Virus record (IMG/VR): IMGVR_UViG_3300045256_000753
Location: 37,638-101,637 of that record
Length of the DNA stretch: 64,000 nt
Strand: one strand, 5' to 3'
From: a virus
Made by a program: the position numbers and the translations under genes. Of this stretch, positions 39,968-48,769 are shown piece after piece. The notes beneath the pieces are model-generated. The model saw nothing but the letters and a program-made list of their open reading frames with translations, ran no database searches and had not been told where the DNA came from. The stretch's first letter is position 1. Every line of letters starts with the position of its first letter.

Positions 39968-40177
39968 TTAATTCGTGACCGATTGCGGCACTTCCTCGGG
40001 CGACTGCACGTTCCGGCACAGAGGCATTGCGCAAATGCGTTGGGGGTCGCCGTTCGCGTCCGGCACGTGCTCCTTCGTCTCGCGTCCGCACTTGACACAC
40101 GGATGCCTTGCGGCGGTCGGCGTCTGGGAGACGCCCGCCTCGGCTCGATCCGTGGCGGAGACGCGATCGTTGCTCAT
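39968..40177 (-). CDS. Small zinc-finger protein (69 aa)
   Basis: MSNDRV start overlaps the upstream TGA; CVKC...CAMPLC. Confidence 0.5.
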   Translation of the reverse strand: MSNDRVSATDRAEAGVSQTPTAARHPCVKCGRETKEHVPDANGDPQRICAMPLCRNVQSPEEVPQSVTN

Positions 40178-40668
40178 GTCACCCGTGCCGTGTAGGTGAT
40201 GCGGAGCTTGTCGGCTGTCGTCTTGTTGACCGCCGTGAAGGTGCTGCGAGACAGGATCGACCCACCAGGGCTCGTGTGCTGGTTGGCGAGAATGACCTCT
40301 TTGATGTTCGTCGCCGACTTCGTGCCCGGACCGCTGGGGTAGCTGATGATCCATTGCATCGAACGGGTGCCCGCGAGAAGGGACTTCGAGTCCACCGTCT
40401 TGAGGGTCCCGGTGATCGGTGTCGTCAGGTTCGTCTGTCCGGAGTTCGCCGCCTGAGAAGACGTCCCGATGCGCATGAAGTTCCACGACTTGCTGTTCAA
40501 GCCGGACGACATGCGCCAGATCTGACGCTTGCCCGTGTTGACGATGAGATTCGGACTCCGGCGATACTCGATGACCTCCGGGCCGTTCTTTCCGTCTCGG
40601 ATGACTTCGATCTCGAACCATCCGCCCATGTCATCGATGGTCTCTGTAACGGCCTTGGGCGCGCTCAT
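40174..40668 (-). CDS. Tail-collar/fibre subunit-like protein (164 aa)
   Basis: NLIVNTG...MRIGTS...QTNL...IKEVIL...SRSTFTAVNKT..DKLRITYT, a common phage structural family. Confidence 0.65.
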   Translation of the reverse strand: MSAPKAVTETIDDMGGWFEIEVIRDGKNGPEVIEYRRSPNLIVNTGKRQIWRMSSGLNSKSWNFMRIGTSSQAANSGQTNLTTPITGTLKTVDSKSLLAGTRSMQWIISYPSGPGTKSATNIKEVILANQHTSPGGSILSRSTFTAVNKTTADKLRITYTARVT

Positions 40669-42452
40669 GTCGATATCTCCTGTTTGATCAATGCAATGTT
40701 GTTGGTGGCCTCCTCTACAGCTTCTTTGGGAGAACCCTCAGGCAGAAGTTCAAGGACCCTTGTGGCCCAGTGCAGAGCGCGCGGTGCGTCCCCCAAGGCG
40801 GAGTAACACATCGCCAACCGTTGAGCTGGGATGTAGCTGTAGAAACTCAGATCGATCCACCAAAGCGTGAATGGGGGGTGCCCGATCATGGTGGACGCAT
40901 AGGTATAAAACTGGAGAGCTTCCTCGTACTTCTCCGCGTCAAAGGCGAGATCCCCAAGCCACACCCAATGGTCCGTGCGACTCCAATCGTCCCGCACACA
41001 GTCGAGTAGAATCTCTCGTGCTTCCGCGTACTCTCCGCGACCCGACAACATCTTCGCCAAGATGAGTCGCGTCTGGTAACGCATCGGGCCATTCTCGCGA
41101 TGGACCGCCAAGAACTCTTTGAGATACTTAATGGCGCGGTTCTCGTCATACTCGCGCCACTCGCTCCCAAGATACCAAAGGCTCAGGTGGCTGTTGTTCG
41201 CCATCCAGTCTTCGAGGAGCGTCTTCCGATTCTGAATTTTTCGCTGACCCTTGCGAGCCAGTTCTCGTTCATGGTCGCGTTCGTGCAATGTCTTCACTTG
41301 GGGAAGACGGATGACGTACGCCTTCTCCGGGAAATGGAGATCGTTGTGCGTGGCCCGCTGGAAGTAGATGGTGTCCGGCTGATTGCGGAACAACCACGGA
41401 TACCCCCACTGCTGGCCTTGTCCCGTGCGCAGCACGAATCCAACAGAGGCTTCCTTGGGTAGAAGCTCTCCAAGGCGCAGAAGCGTGTCTTTCCCCTGCC
41501 ACAGGCGCTCGTGGCCTTCCGTCATGAACACCCAGTCGCCCGAACAACGTCGGATGCACTGGTTGCGTGCATGCGAGAAGTGAAACCCGCCTTCGGGAAC
41601 CTCTTCTCCCGGGGGCCCGCGCAGCTCCGTGAGATCGAACACGATGTCCGCGTACTTCTCCGCGATCTCTCTCGTGTTGTCCGTCGTTCGCGGATCAATG
41701 CCGATGACGATCTCATCGGCGATACCCGAAAACGAAGCGAGGACGTTCTCGATGTCCTTGCCCTCGTCACGCACCGGCATCGTCATGCTCATCTTGAAGT
41801 TGTTCGGTTTTGGCAGGTTGCAGACTGCCAATAGGAAAGCCGGCTGCATCCTCGGGTCGGCTTTCGGTCCGAGCACCTCGACCCTGACGTCCGTGAAAAA
41901 TCTTTGCAGGTATCGCTTGAACTCGATGGCCGTGAACTTGCGCGTATGCTGCGGTTCTTCGTCGGGCCCGAGGCGATCGTTTGGAACCGAGAAGAACGCA
42001 CACGTGCACTTCGACGCGACGTTCATGAGCGTGTCTCGGGCGCGATCCGAGAGGTGCTCCAACGTTTCTGTCGAGACCATCACGAGAGGCCCGTCGTCTT
42101 CGCTACGGAGGAAGTCGAGCGGCAGAGGATCTTCGAGATTCACCTGGTGGGTTGTGAATCCGTTGCTCCTCGCTTGGGCGAGGGCTTCCGCACTGTGATC
42201 GAGGACTTCCGGAAAGCAGCAACCCTCATCACGAAGACGTGCTGCAAGAATTCCGACGCCGCCCCCAACATCGATCACACGAGCGTTCCGAGGAATCAGC
42301 TCGATGATGCGATCGTAGACCTCTTCGAGAGCACTCTTGCGCCAGCTCCCTGTGCCCTCGGCCGCCCAAAGACGATCCCACTCTGTTGAGGAGTTCGCGA
42401 TTCGCGCGGCTTCCTCAACATTCTGCGGGCGAAATGCGTCCGAGTTCATCAT
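40665..42452 (-). CDS. SAM methyltransferase - GT2 glycosyltransferase - TPR fusion
   Basis: VIDVGGGVG and ETLEHL (class I MTase); MPVRDE...DEIVIGID..TTDNT...FSHARN...GDWVF (GT2); helical TPR-like C-terminus. Confidence 0.85.
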   Translation of the reverse strand: MMNSDAFRPQNVEEAARIANSSTEWDRLWAAEGTGSWRKSALEEVYDRIIELIPRNARVIDVGGGVGILAARLRDEGCCFPEVLDHSAEALAQARSNGFTTHQVNLEDPLPLDFLRSEDDGPLVMVSTETLEHLSDRARDTLMNVASKCTCAFFSVPNDRLGPDEEPQHTRKFTAIEFKRYLQRFFTDVRVEVLGPKADPRMQPAFLLAVCNLPKPNNFKMSMTMPVRDEGKDIENVLASFSGIADEIVIGIDPRTTDNTREIAEKYADIVFDLTELRGPPGEEVPEGGFHFSHARNQCIRRCSGDWVFMTEGHERLWQGKDTLLRLGELLPKEASVGFVLRTGQGQQWGYPWLFRNQPDTIYFQRATHNDLHFPEKAYVIRLPQVKTLHERDHERELARKGQRKIQNRKTLLEDWMANNSHLSLWYLGSEWREYDENRAIKYLKEFLAVHRENGPMRYQTRLILAKMLSGRGEYAEAREILLDCVRDDWSRTDHWVWLGDLAFDAEKYEEALQFYTYASTMIGHPPFTLWWIDLSFYSYIPAQRLAMCYSALGDAPRALHWATRVLELLPEGSPKEAVEEATNNIALIKQEIST

Positions 42453-42619
42453 ATACAGTTACTTCTGTACTTGGCGCTCGGATAAGAGGATCCCCCACGA
42501 CCGGTGGAACTTGGCAGCGTCTTGACATTTACCGAGCGGAAAATTTCATTGGAATTCCAACTAAATGGACGTTCCAAATTGCCCCGTTGACAAGGACTTG
42601 ACCGTGCCTGTCGGTTAAA

Positions 42620-42652
42620 CGACAAGAGGCGCAAAAGCAGCGCCTCTTGTCG
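42620..42652 (-). terminator. Hairpin terminator after the sheath gene
   Basis: Perfect 13-bp stem CGACAAGAGGCGC/GCGCCTCTTGTCG with a 7-nt loop, followed by TTTAA on the minus strand. Confidence 0.75.
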
Positions 42653-42669
42653 GGTTCGGGTCAACGAAC

Positions 42670-45600
42670 TCAGATGTTCGCGCGGAGATTGAACGTCAGG
42701 ACCAGGTACTCCAACGGGAAGATCGGAGCGTAGAAGGCCTGGAAGTTCAGGATGGTCGGGTCGTTCGGGTCGATCTGCGCGCTGAGGCCGGTGAAGGCTG
42801 CGACGATCTCGGCCTGAACGAGGCTCTTGAAGAGACCCGTCATCGTCACGACGACCTCGGTCGTACGCGACTGGAGGAACTTGGTTCCGACGAACGAGTC
42901 GAGGATCGTACGCGACTGCTGTTGCACGAAGTCGCTGATCTGCGTCACCGTGGGCAGGCGCGTGAGGATCGACGCCATGTTGGTCGTCAAGCCCTGGCGG
43001 ATACGGAGGAACCCGTTGCCGAGGTCTTCGAGGAGGGTGATGCCAGCGACCGCCGTCTGCGTGGCCTCGACCGGATCGAGGATGCGCGGGATGCTGGTGA
43101 AGCCCTGGAGACGGCGCCGCGTGTACGGCGTCGCCACGTCCACCGAGGGAGCGACCACGGCGCCAGCAACTGCCGCACCGAAGAACGAGCCGTCGATGAT
43201 CGACTGGAACGACTGCCCGGTCTCGTCCGTGAGGGTCACGACCGAGCTGTCCGGGTAGAAGGCCACGATACGCGAGGACACGAGGGACTTCGCGATCGTC
43301 TGCGCGCTGGTCGGCGACGTTCCGCTTGCGAACCCGATGAAGCCCATGCGCTCCGCCTGGTTGCGGATGTTCGACTGGACTTCGCAGTGGTTCGTGAGGA
43401 ACGAGTAGACCGCCGTGCTCGTCGCCAACGGGACCAGGATGTCCGGCTTCACGTTGCCCGGAAGCGGCGTGGCCAGGCCTGCGATGGCGTTGATGAACGA
43501 CTGGTCGCTCGCCTGGTTCGTGTTCGGAACCTTTAGCACCTGCGTGATGCCGATGAGGACGGCGCCGTTCAGGATGGCGAGGTAGGCCGCGAGGCTGACG
43601 CGGTTTTCCGGGCTCGTCGCACCGAAGTTGGCTTCGATGGTCTTGAGGGTCTGGAAGATGCGCGTCGAGAAGTCCTGCTTCTTGTAGCGGTACGAGATGA
43701 AGTAGAAGTCACCGACCGCAGGCTCCAAACCGCCCGGGTTGAACGTCTGGATGACGCCCGTGTCGTTGACTGCCACGTTGACCGTGTTCGACACGATCAT
43801 CTCGATGCCCGGGATGGAGAGGCGGGGCACGCTCGGGTCCACGTGGAACGTGGGGCTGACGAGCAACGTGAAGTTGCCTGCCGGCGTGTAGCCGCCCGTC
43901 GAAGCCGGAAGGATGGTGAACCGGAGGCCGGTCACCGCGTCCGTGTACGTCTGGCCCGGGACACCGGTACCAGCCGAACCGTTCGGCGACGACGACGAGA
44001 CCGTGTACTGGTCGTGTGCGTCTTCACCGACATCCCCATCAACGCCCGGCGTGAGGCCGATGCCCGTCGAGGTGTTGAACGCCGAGTTCGCCGAAGCGGC
44101 GAAGCCGATGCTCGACCCCGATGCGCCCGTCGTGAGCGACTCGATGGTGATGTAGTTCTTGCTGTTGAGGGCATCGACGTAGGCCACGGCGCCGGCAGCG
44201 AAGCCGCCCGTCGCCATGAGTTCGTCCACGACTTCTTGAGCAGTGACGAGCGCCTGGCTCGCGAACTGGTTCTGGGTGAACCCGAGGACCGCGTTTGCCG
44301 ATCCGTTCTGGATGAGGATCGACGAGTTCGCGTCGTTGGTCAGGCTGGTGAGGCGCACGTGGTTGGCGTTGCCGAGCGTGCCCGACGACGGAACGCCGCC
44401 GAGGCCCGAAACTGCGCCGATGGCCGTCACGACCGATGCCGCCGAAACCGCCGCGCCTGCCGGGAGCGTCACCGAGTAGTCGGTGCCGTTCACGCGAAGG
44501 AGCAACTTGTCGTTGAGGCCCGCCGTGATGTTGTACGGACCCGCAAGGCCGCTGAGCAGCGTTGCCGGCTTGTTGATCGCGCCGGGGGTGCCCGCCGCCG
44601 CCTGGAAGGTCTTGAAGCCGAGCGTGTGCTCGACCGTGCCCTGGAGGATCTTCACCGTCGAGACTGCATCGAAGCCGCCCGGGAGTGCCGCCGGCGTCGA
44701 GTAGCTCTTGATGATGAAGATGATGTCGCCCGTGCCCGGTCCGCCGATTTGGACCGACGAGCAGAGGTTGTTCGGGGCCGTTCCGACGAACGCGGCGTTC
44801 GCATCGATCCCGGTGTTGATCTCGCTGACGATCTGAGCCGGCGTGCGGTTACCCGCCGTCAGGTTGATCGTCGCGACGGTCACACCGTCGATCTGGACGT
44901 TGAACGCGTTGTTCGGCGAAGCCGGGATCGTGATCTTGCCGGTGTCGGGTCCCGTTTGAATCGGGGTGACGTGACCGCCGACGAGGAAGCCCTTCGCCTG
45001 GTTGGACAGCGTGGTCGTTTGCGAGCCGCCGTTGACGACGGTGACCCACGTTGCCGAGTACGGAGCGAAGAAGCTGTAGGGCTCCGCATTGCGGTTCGTG
45101 AATGCCGCGTTTTCCGGTGCGCTCTGGCTGAACGTGATCGTGACGATCTCGGCAACCGGCGTTCCGTTGCCCGTGTGGAACGCATCCGGGATGTTCTCCA
45201 CGCCGCGCGGCCACTGGACCGTCTGGGCGAAGCCGGACTTGGTTCCGAAGCGGACCTCGAAGAGGTTCGCGTTGCGGAGCGACGAGAAGACCGTGTACTG
45301 GCCCGAGCCGATCGGTCCAGGGACCGTGCAGGTCAGGATGTACGTGTCATCGACGATGTTGTTGTACCAGAAGGTCGCGAACACCGTGTAGTCCGGGGGA
45401 ACCGGACGCTGGAGGGTGATGACGCGATTCGGACCATCGACGGCGATCACGGGGATCGCGGCGCGGCCGAGAGCGTCACGGAGGTTGCGGCCCGCGTAAA
45501 CCGTCACGAGGTCCGGACGGTTCGACACGAGGTCCATGCGACCGTTCGTGACCGAGTTGTAGAGCGGCAAGCCCAGGGGCGTGTCGCGTCCGTTTCCGGT

Positions 45601-46971
45601 CGTCGGAATCTCGGGCAGGAGGAACTGCGTCGCCGAGACCGTGGCCGGGATCGTCGTGGTGTCCGTCACGGGCGTGCATGCCGCGAGGAACATCTTGTCA
45701 TCGACGAGCGTCGTGCCGATCTGGCCGCCGAGACCCGAAACGCCATCGAACGGCGCGGCACCGGGGCTGGTCTTCGTCGCTTGCGTGACGACACCGGTAC
45801 CCCAGTTGACGAGCGAGACATCCGGAGTCGGATTCGCGATCGTGAAGTCCGCACCCTGGATGTAGTCGTTGCGCTGCGGCGAGATGCCGGCGCGAATGAC
45901 CTGCGTGACGTTCGAGTTCGGGAGGTAGTCGAACGTTTGCTGCCAGGTGTTGGCGAAGTATTGGATGCTGACCGTGCTGCCCGGAGCCGGCGCGAACGGC
46001 AGCGTGACGACGCCGTTCTTGCCATCGACCGCCGAAGCAACGACCTGCACGTTGTTGACCTTCACGACGACCTTGGTCGGGTCCGTGGTCGTGATGCCGC
46101 CGCCGCTGCCATCCACGATCGGGATGTTGAAGAGACGGAACTGGGCGTTGCGCGACGTCTGCGCACCGGACGAGAAGCCGAGCGGGCCGTTCGCCGTGCC
46201 GGAGCCGATCACGATCGATTGCGTGGCGGTGAGCAGGATGTGGTTGAGTCCCGCGTTGTCCACGAAGACGGTCGCGAGGAGGTTCGGGATCGCCGCCGCC
46301 ATGATGGCGGAAACGACGCCGGCCGCCGTGAGCGAGCCCGGGGGCAGGGTGACCGTCGCCTGGACGCCGTTGACCGTCAGAACGAAGTTGTCGTTCGATC
46401 CGGCCGTGATGAGGAAGGGCTCGAAGCCCGGGCTCGTGAGGGTCGCGTTCGTCGAAGTGACCTGGCCCGAAACGTCGTCCGTGAAGCTCGTGTCCCCACG
46501 GTGGAAGTGGTAGGTCGCGCGAACCGTGTCGGTCGGCTGCGTCGGGATCTGGAGTCCGACGAGACCCTTGGCGCCTTGCACCGAGGCAACGGCCACCGGG
46601 GTCCCGTTGACGGTCACCGTCACCGAGCGGGTGTCGTTCGTCGTGCGGCCGATTCCCTGGCCGTCCACGATCGGGAAGTTCTTGACGCGGAACTGCGTGA
46701 GCTGACCGTTCTGCGCACCGAGAACGAGGTTGTTGGGGTTGGTCGCATCGACCACCCAAGAGAGGCTGACGTCCTCGTTGACGATCAACTCGTCCACCGT
46801 GGCCGAGCTGCCACGAACGAGTTCGATGTCGTCTTGCTCCAGCTCCTCTTGGCCGACGCCAATGATGACCGGGATGCGAAGACCAGCCACCAAGTTGGAG
46901 ACGTTGGCCTCCGTCAAGGTGCGGGTGTAAACGCCGGGCGGAACGTACGTGACAAACGGGCCGAGAGCCAT
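42670..46971 (-). CDS. Tail sheath protein with multiple inserted domains (1433 aa)
   Basis: N-terminal YVPPGVYTRT; C-terminal IRQGLTT...FVGTK...YAPIFPLEYLVLTF sheath signature. Confidence 0.92.
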   Translation of the reverse strand: MALGPFVTYVPPGVYTRTLTEANVSNLVAGLRIPVIIGVGQEELEQDDIELVRGSSATVDELIVNEDVSLSWVVDATNPNNLVLGAQNGQLTQFRVKNFPIVDGQGIGRTTNDTRSVTVTVNGTPVAVASVQGAKGLVGLQIPTQPTDTVRATYHFHRGDTSFTDDVSGQVTSTNATLTSPGFEPFLITAGSNDNFVLTVNGVQATVTLPPGSLTAAGVVSAIMAAAIPNLLATVFVDNAGLNHILLTATQSIVIGSGTANGPLGFSSGAQTSRNAQFRLFNIPIVDGSGGGITTTDPTKVVVKVNNVQVVASAVDGKNGVVTLPFAPAPGSTVSIQYFANTWQQTFDYLPNSNVTQVIRAGISPQRNDYIQGADFTIANPTPDVSLVNWGTGVVTQATKTSPGAAPFDGVSGLGGQIGTTLVDDKMFLAACTPVTDTTTIPATVSATQFLLPEIPTTGNGRDTPLGLPLYNSVTNGRMDLVSNRPDLVTVYAGRNLRDALGRAAIPVIAVDGPNRVITLQRPVPPDYTVFATFWYNNIVDDTYILTCTVPGPIGSGQYTVFSSLRNANLFEVRFGTKSGFAQTVQWPRGVENIPDAFHTGNGTPVAEIVTITFSQSAPENAAFTNRNAEPYSFFAPYSATWVTVVNGGSQTTTLSNQAKGFLVGGHVTPIQTGPDTGKITIPASPNNAFNVQIDGVTVATINLTAGNRTPAQIVSEINTGIDANAAFVGTAPNNLCSSVQIGGPGTGDIIFIIKSYSTPAALPGGFDAVSTVKILQGTVEHTLGFKTFQAAAGTPGAINKPATLLSGLAGPYNITAGLNDKLLLRVNGTDYSVTLPAGAAVSAASVVTAIGAVSGLGGVPSSGTLGNANHVRLTSLTNDANSSILIQNGSANAVLGFTQNQFASQALVTAQEVVDELMATGGFAAGAVAYVDALNSKNYITIESLTTGASGSSIGFAASANSAFNTSTGIGLTPGVDGDVGEDAHDQYTVSSSSPNGSAGTGVPGQTYTDAVTGLRFTILPASTGGYTPAGNFTLLVSPTFHVDPSVPRLSIPGIEMIVSNTVNVAVNDTGVIQTFNPGGLEPAVGDFYFISYRYKKQDFSTRIFQTLKTIEANFGATSPENRVSLAAYLAILNGAVLIGITQVLKVPNTNQASDQSFINAIAGLATPLPGNVKPDILVPLATSTAVYSFLTNHCEVQSNIRNQAERMGFIGFASGTSPTSAQTIAKSLVSSRIVAFYPDSSVVTLTDETGQSFQSIIDGSFFGAAVAGAVVAPSVDVATPYTRRRLQGFTSIPRILDPVEATQTAVAGITLLEDLGNGFLRIRQGLTTNMASILTRLPTVTQISDFVQQQSRTILDSFVGTKFLQSRTTEVVVTMTGLFKSLVQAEIVAAFTGLSAQIDPNDPTILNFQAFYAPIFPLEYLVLTFNLRANI

Positions 46972-47001
46972 CCGAATCTCCTCAGCAGGTGGGCGAAAAT
47001 C

Positions 47002-47081
47002 CGATCTGCGTCTGGGTTTGGGCTAGTTGCAGGTTACGGACTGCAAGCCGTGGGTCTGATTCGATTCGGATTTGGATCTGA
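47002..47081 (-). promoter_or_regulatory. Conserved box-hairpin-box leader element, copy 2
   Basis: Same boxes as 27072-27153; hairpin GGCTTGCAG...CTGCAACTAGCC; ends about 30 nt before the sheath ATG. Confidence 0.7.
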
Positions 47082-47155
47082 AGGGAGCGCACGGTGATAC
47101 CGGCTGGTTCCTTACCTGCGCGCCAAAACAACACTTTATCAACGGACCACCGTGA

Positions 47156-47590
47156 CTATTTCGGGGCCTCCCGGCTCGAACGGATGGCCGTGAGGGCTTC
47201 CTTCGCCAGACGGCGCCGGGCGCTCAGGCCAACGTCGCTCATCGGCTCGTAGTCGATGTAGTCCGTTCCCGTATGACGGATGAGAGCGTGGGTGCCTCCC
47301 TGTTTTCGCGCCTCATCCTTCACCTTGTCCCTCTCGCGAATGAGGGCCCAGCGCTCGTCGGCGCTCCTCCCAACGGCCCGATCGGCATCCGGGTAGTCGT
47401 GCCCGTGTACGCCTGAGTTAGCCGGAGCGGTCCCCCCGGGGGCGAAGTTGAACGCGAACGCCGTTCCATCAAGGAGGCGCGGCGCCAAATCCTTGCACGA
47501 CGGGCATTCGTGCGTGGGGTGATCCCCCATCTTGAGGGATCGTTCGAAGCGAATGTTGCAGGTCTGGCACTCAAATGCGTATTTCGGCAC
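47156..47590 (-). CDS. FmdB-family zinc-ribbon protein
   Basis: MPKYAFECQTC...FE...CPSC. Confidence 0.75.
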   Translation of the reverse strand: MPKYAFECQTCNIRFERSLKMGDHPTHECPSCKDLAPRLLDGTAFAFNFAPGGTAPANSGVHGHDYPDADRAVGRSADERWALIRERDKVKDEARKQGGTHALIRHTGTDYIDYEPMSDVGLSARRRLAKEALTAIRSSREAPK

Positions 47591-47605
47591 GATTCATCTC
47601 CATTT

Positions 47606-48766
47606 TCATCCAATGCGTTCGTAGGAATTGTTTCGCCCGGTGATGATGGGCACCGTGGCGAAGAACAGGGGGTCTGCTTCTTGGGTAAGGGGCGGGCTGT
47701 CCACACCGCTTGGACCGGTGACCCGGCTGATGGTGAGCAAGAGCGGGAGATGGATCTCCCAATCCGCCTGAATCTCGATCGACATTCCGGCTTGGTAGTA
47801 GAAGAGTTCCGCCTGCTCGTCGTAGGCTTCCTCGGTCTCGCCACCCATCGAAATGTTCGTGATCTCAATGCCTTCGAAAGAGAGGAGGGGCCGCTTCTCG
47901 CCCCAGAGGTACATGATCACGAGGTCCGCAATCTCCTCCATTTGAATGGGGTCGCGGGCGATCACGTCGAACTCAAACGTCGCATCGAAGCGTCCGCCGT
48001 AGGCGTTGGCAGCTTCCACGCGATCCGGGTAGACCACAACCGCCACCTTGTCCCCTACTTTGGCGCGCTTGCCGAAAGCGAGGACAACGCCGGGAAGGGT
48101 CTTGAAGTCCGACGTGTTCCAGGTGAAGGGGATGGGGCCGACCGATGGCGCCGCGAAGCGATAGTCCGCACTGACGAGGGTCTCCGGCGCGAAGCGAGTG
48201 AGGAATAGAATCGCTCCGTTCGAGTAATCGACTTGGTAGTCACGACCCTCAACGAGCATGTAGTGGTGATTTTGCCAGAGACGTAGCGTCCCTTTGACCG
48301 GCACGTTTTCGAGCTGCCCCTCCTGCTCGATTCCCGTGACGAAGTGAAGGACGGGTTCGTCGGTGACCGTGAGTAGAGGATCGATGGCGTACGAGCCCTG
48401 CTCGTCAGCCGTTGTCGGAACGGTGAGGATCTCGATGTAGTAGACGCCAGGAGGCGTCGGCATCTTGTCCCCATGGTCGCGGACGCACGTGAGATCTTCG
48501 CGCACCCATTCGAGCGGGTACGCGGGCTGACCCACGTAGGCAAGCATCACGTGGCTTTGAACGGTCCCCACGAAGTTGTCGGCGGAGAGCGCCACCTTGT
48601 TCGCGGACGAGTTCTTGACGACGATGCCGAACTGCGGGCGTTCGTTGAACGAGAACTTGTTCTCGATGAAGGGGACGATCTTTTCGTAAAGGGGATGCCT
48701 CCCGAAGCTGTCTTTCAGCTCCAGGATGAGCCTTCGCTTTAGTGCACCGACGAGGTTGTAATACAC
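47606..48766 (-). CDS. Putative tail terminator/tail completion protein (386 aa)
   Basis: Between neck and sheath genes; FEFDVIARDPIQMEEIADL pattern typical of the terminator fold. Confidence 0.5.
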   Translation of the reverse strand: MYYNLVGALKRRLILELKDSFGRHPLYEKIVPFIENKFSFNERPQFGIVVKNSSANKVALSADNFVGTVQSHVMLAYVGQPAYPLEWVREDLTCVRDHGDKMPTPPGVYYIEILTVPTTADEQGSYAIDPLLTVTDEPVLHFVTGIEQEGQLENVPVKGTLRLWQNHHYMLVEGRDYQVDYSNGAILFLTRFAPETLVSADYRFAAPSVGPIPFTWNTSDFKTLPGVVLAFGKRAKVGDKVAVVVYPDRVEAANAYGGRFDATFEFDVIARDPIQMEEIADLVIMYLWGEKRPLLSFEGIEITNISMGGETEEAYDEQAELFYYQAGMSIEIQADWEIHLPLLLTISRVTGPSGVDSPPLTQEADPLFFATVPIITGRNNSYERIG

Positions 48767-48769
48767 GGG

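Noticed and set aside
42522-42592. Two plus-strand TTGACA hexamers suggesting sigma70 promoters
   Set aside because: No convincing -10 box at 16-18 bp and no plus-strand gene downstream.
1-47000. Extracellular contractile injection system or tailocin interpretation
   Set aside because: Head-tail adaptor, head-closure and decoration-like genes are present, and no Afp15-type AAA+ ATPase was recognised, so a phage is more parsimonious.
43843-47097. Long plus-strand ORFs (e.g. 144-2777, 8421-11072, 21146-23464, 43843-47097)
   Set aside because: They are antisense shadows of real minus-strand genes caused by GC-rich codon bias; the translations are Arg/Asp/Val-rich without recognisable motifs.
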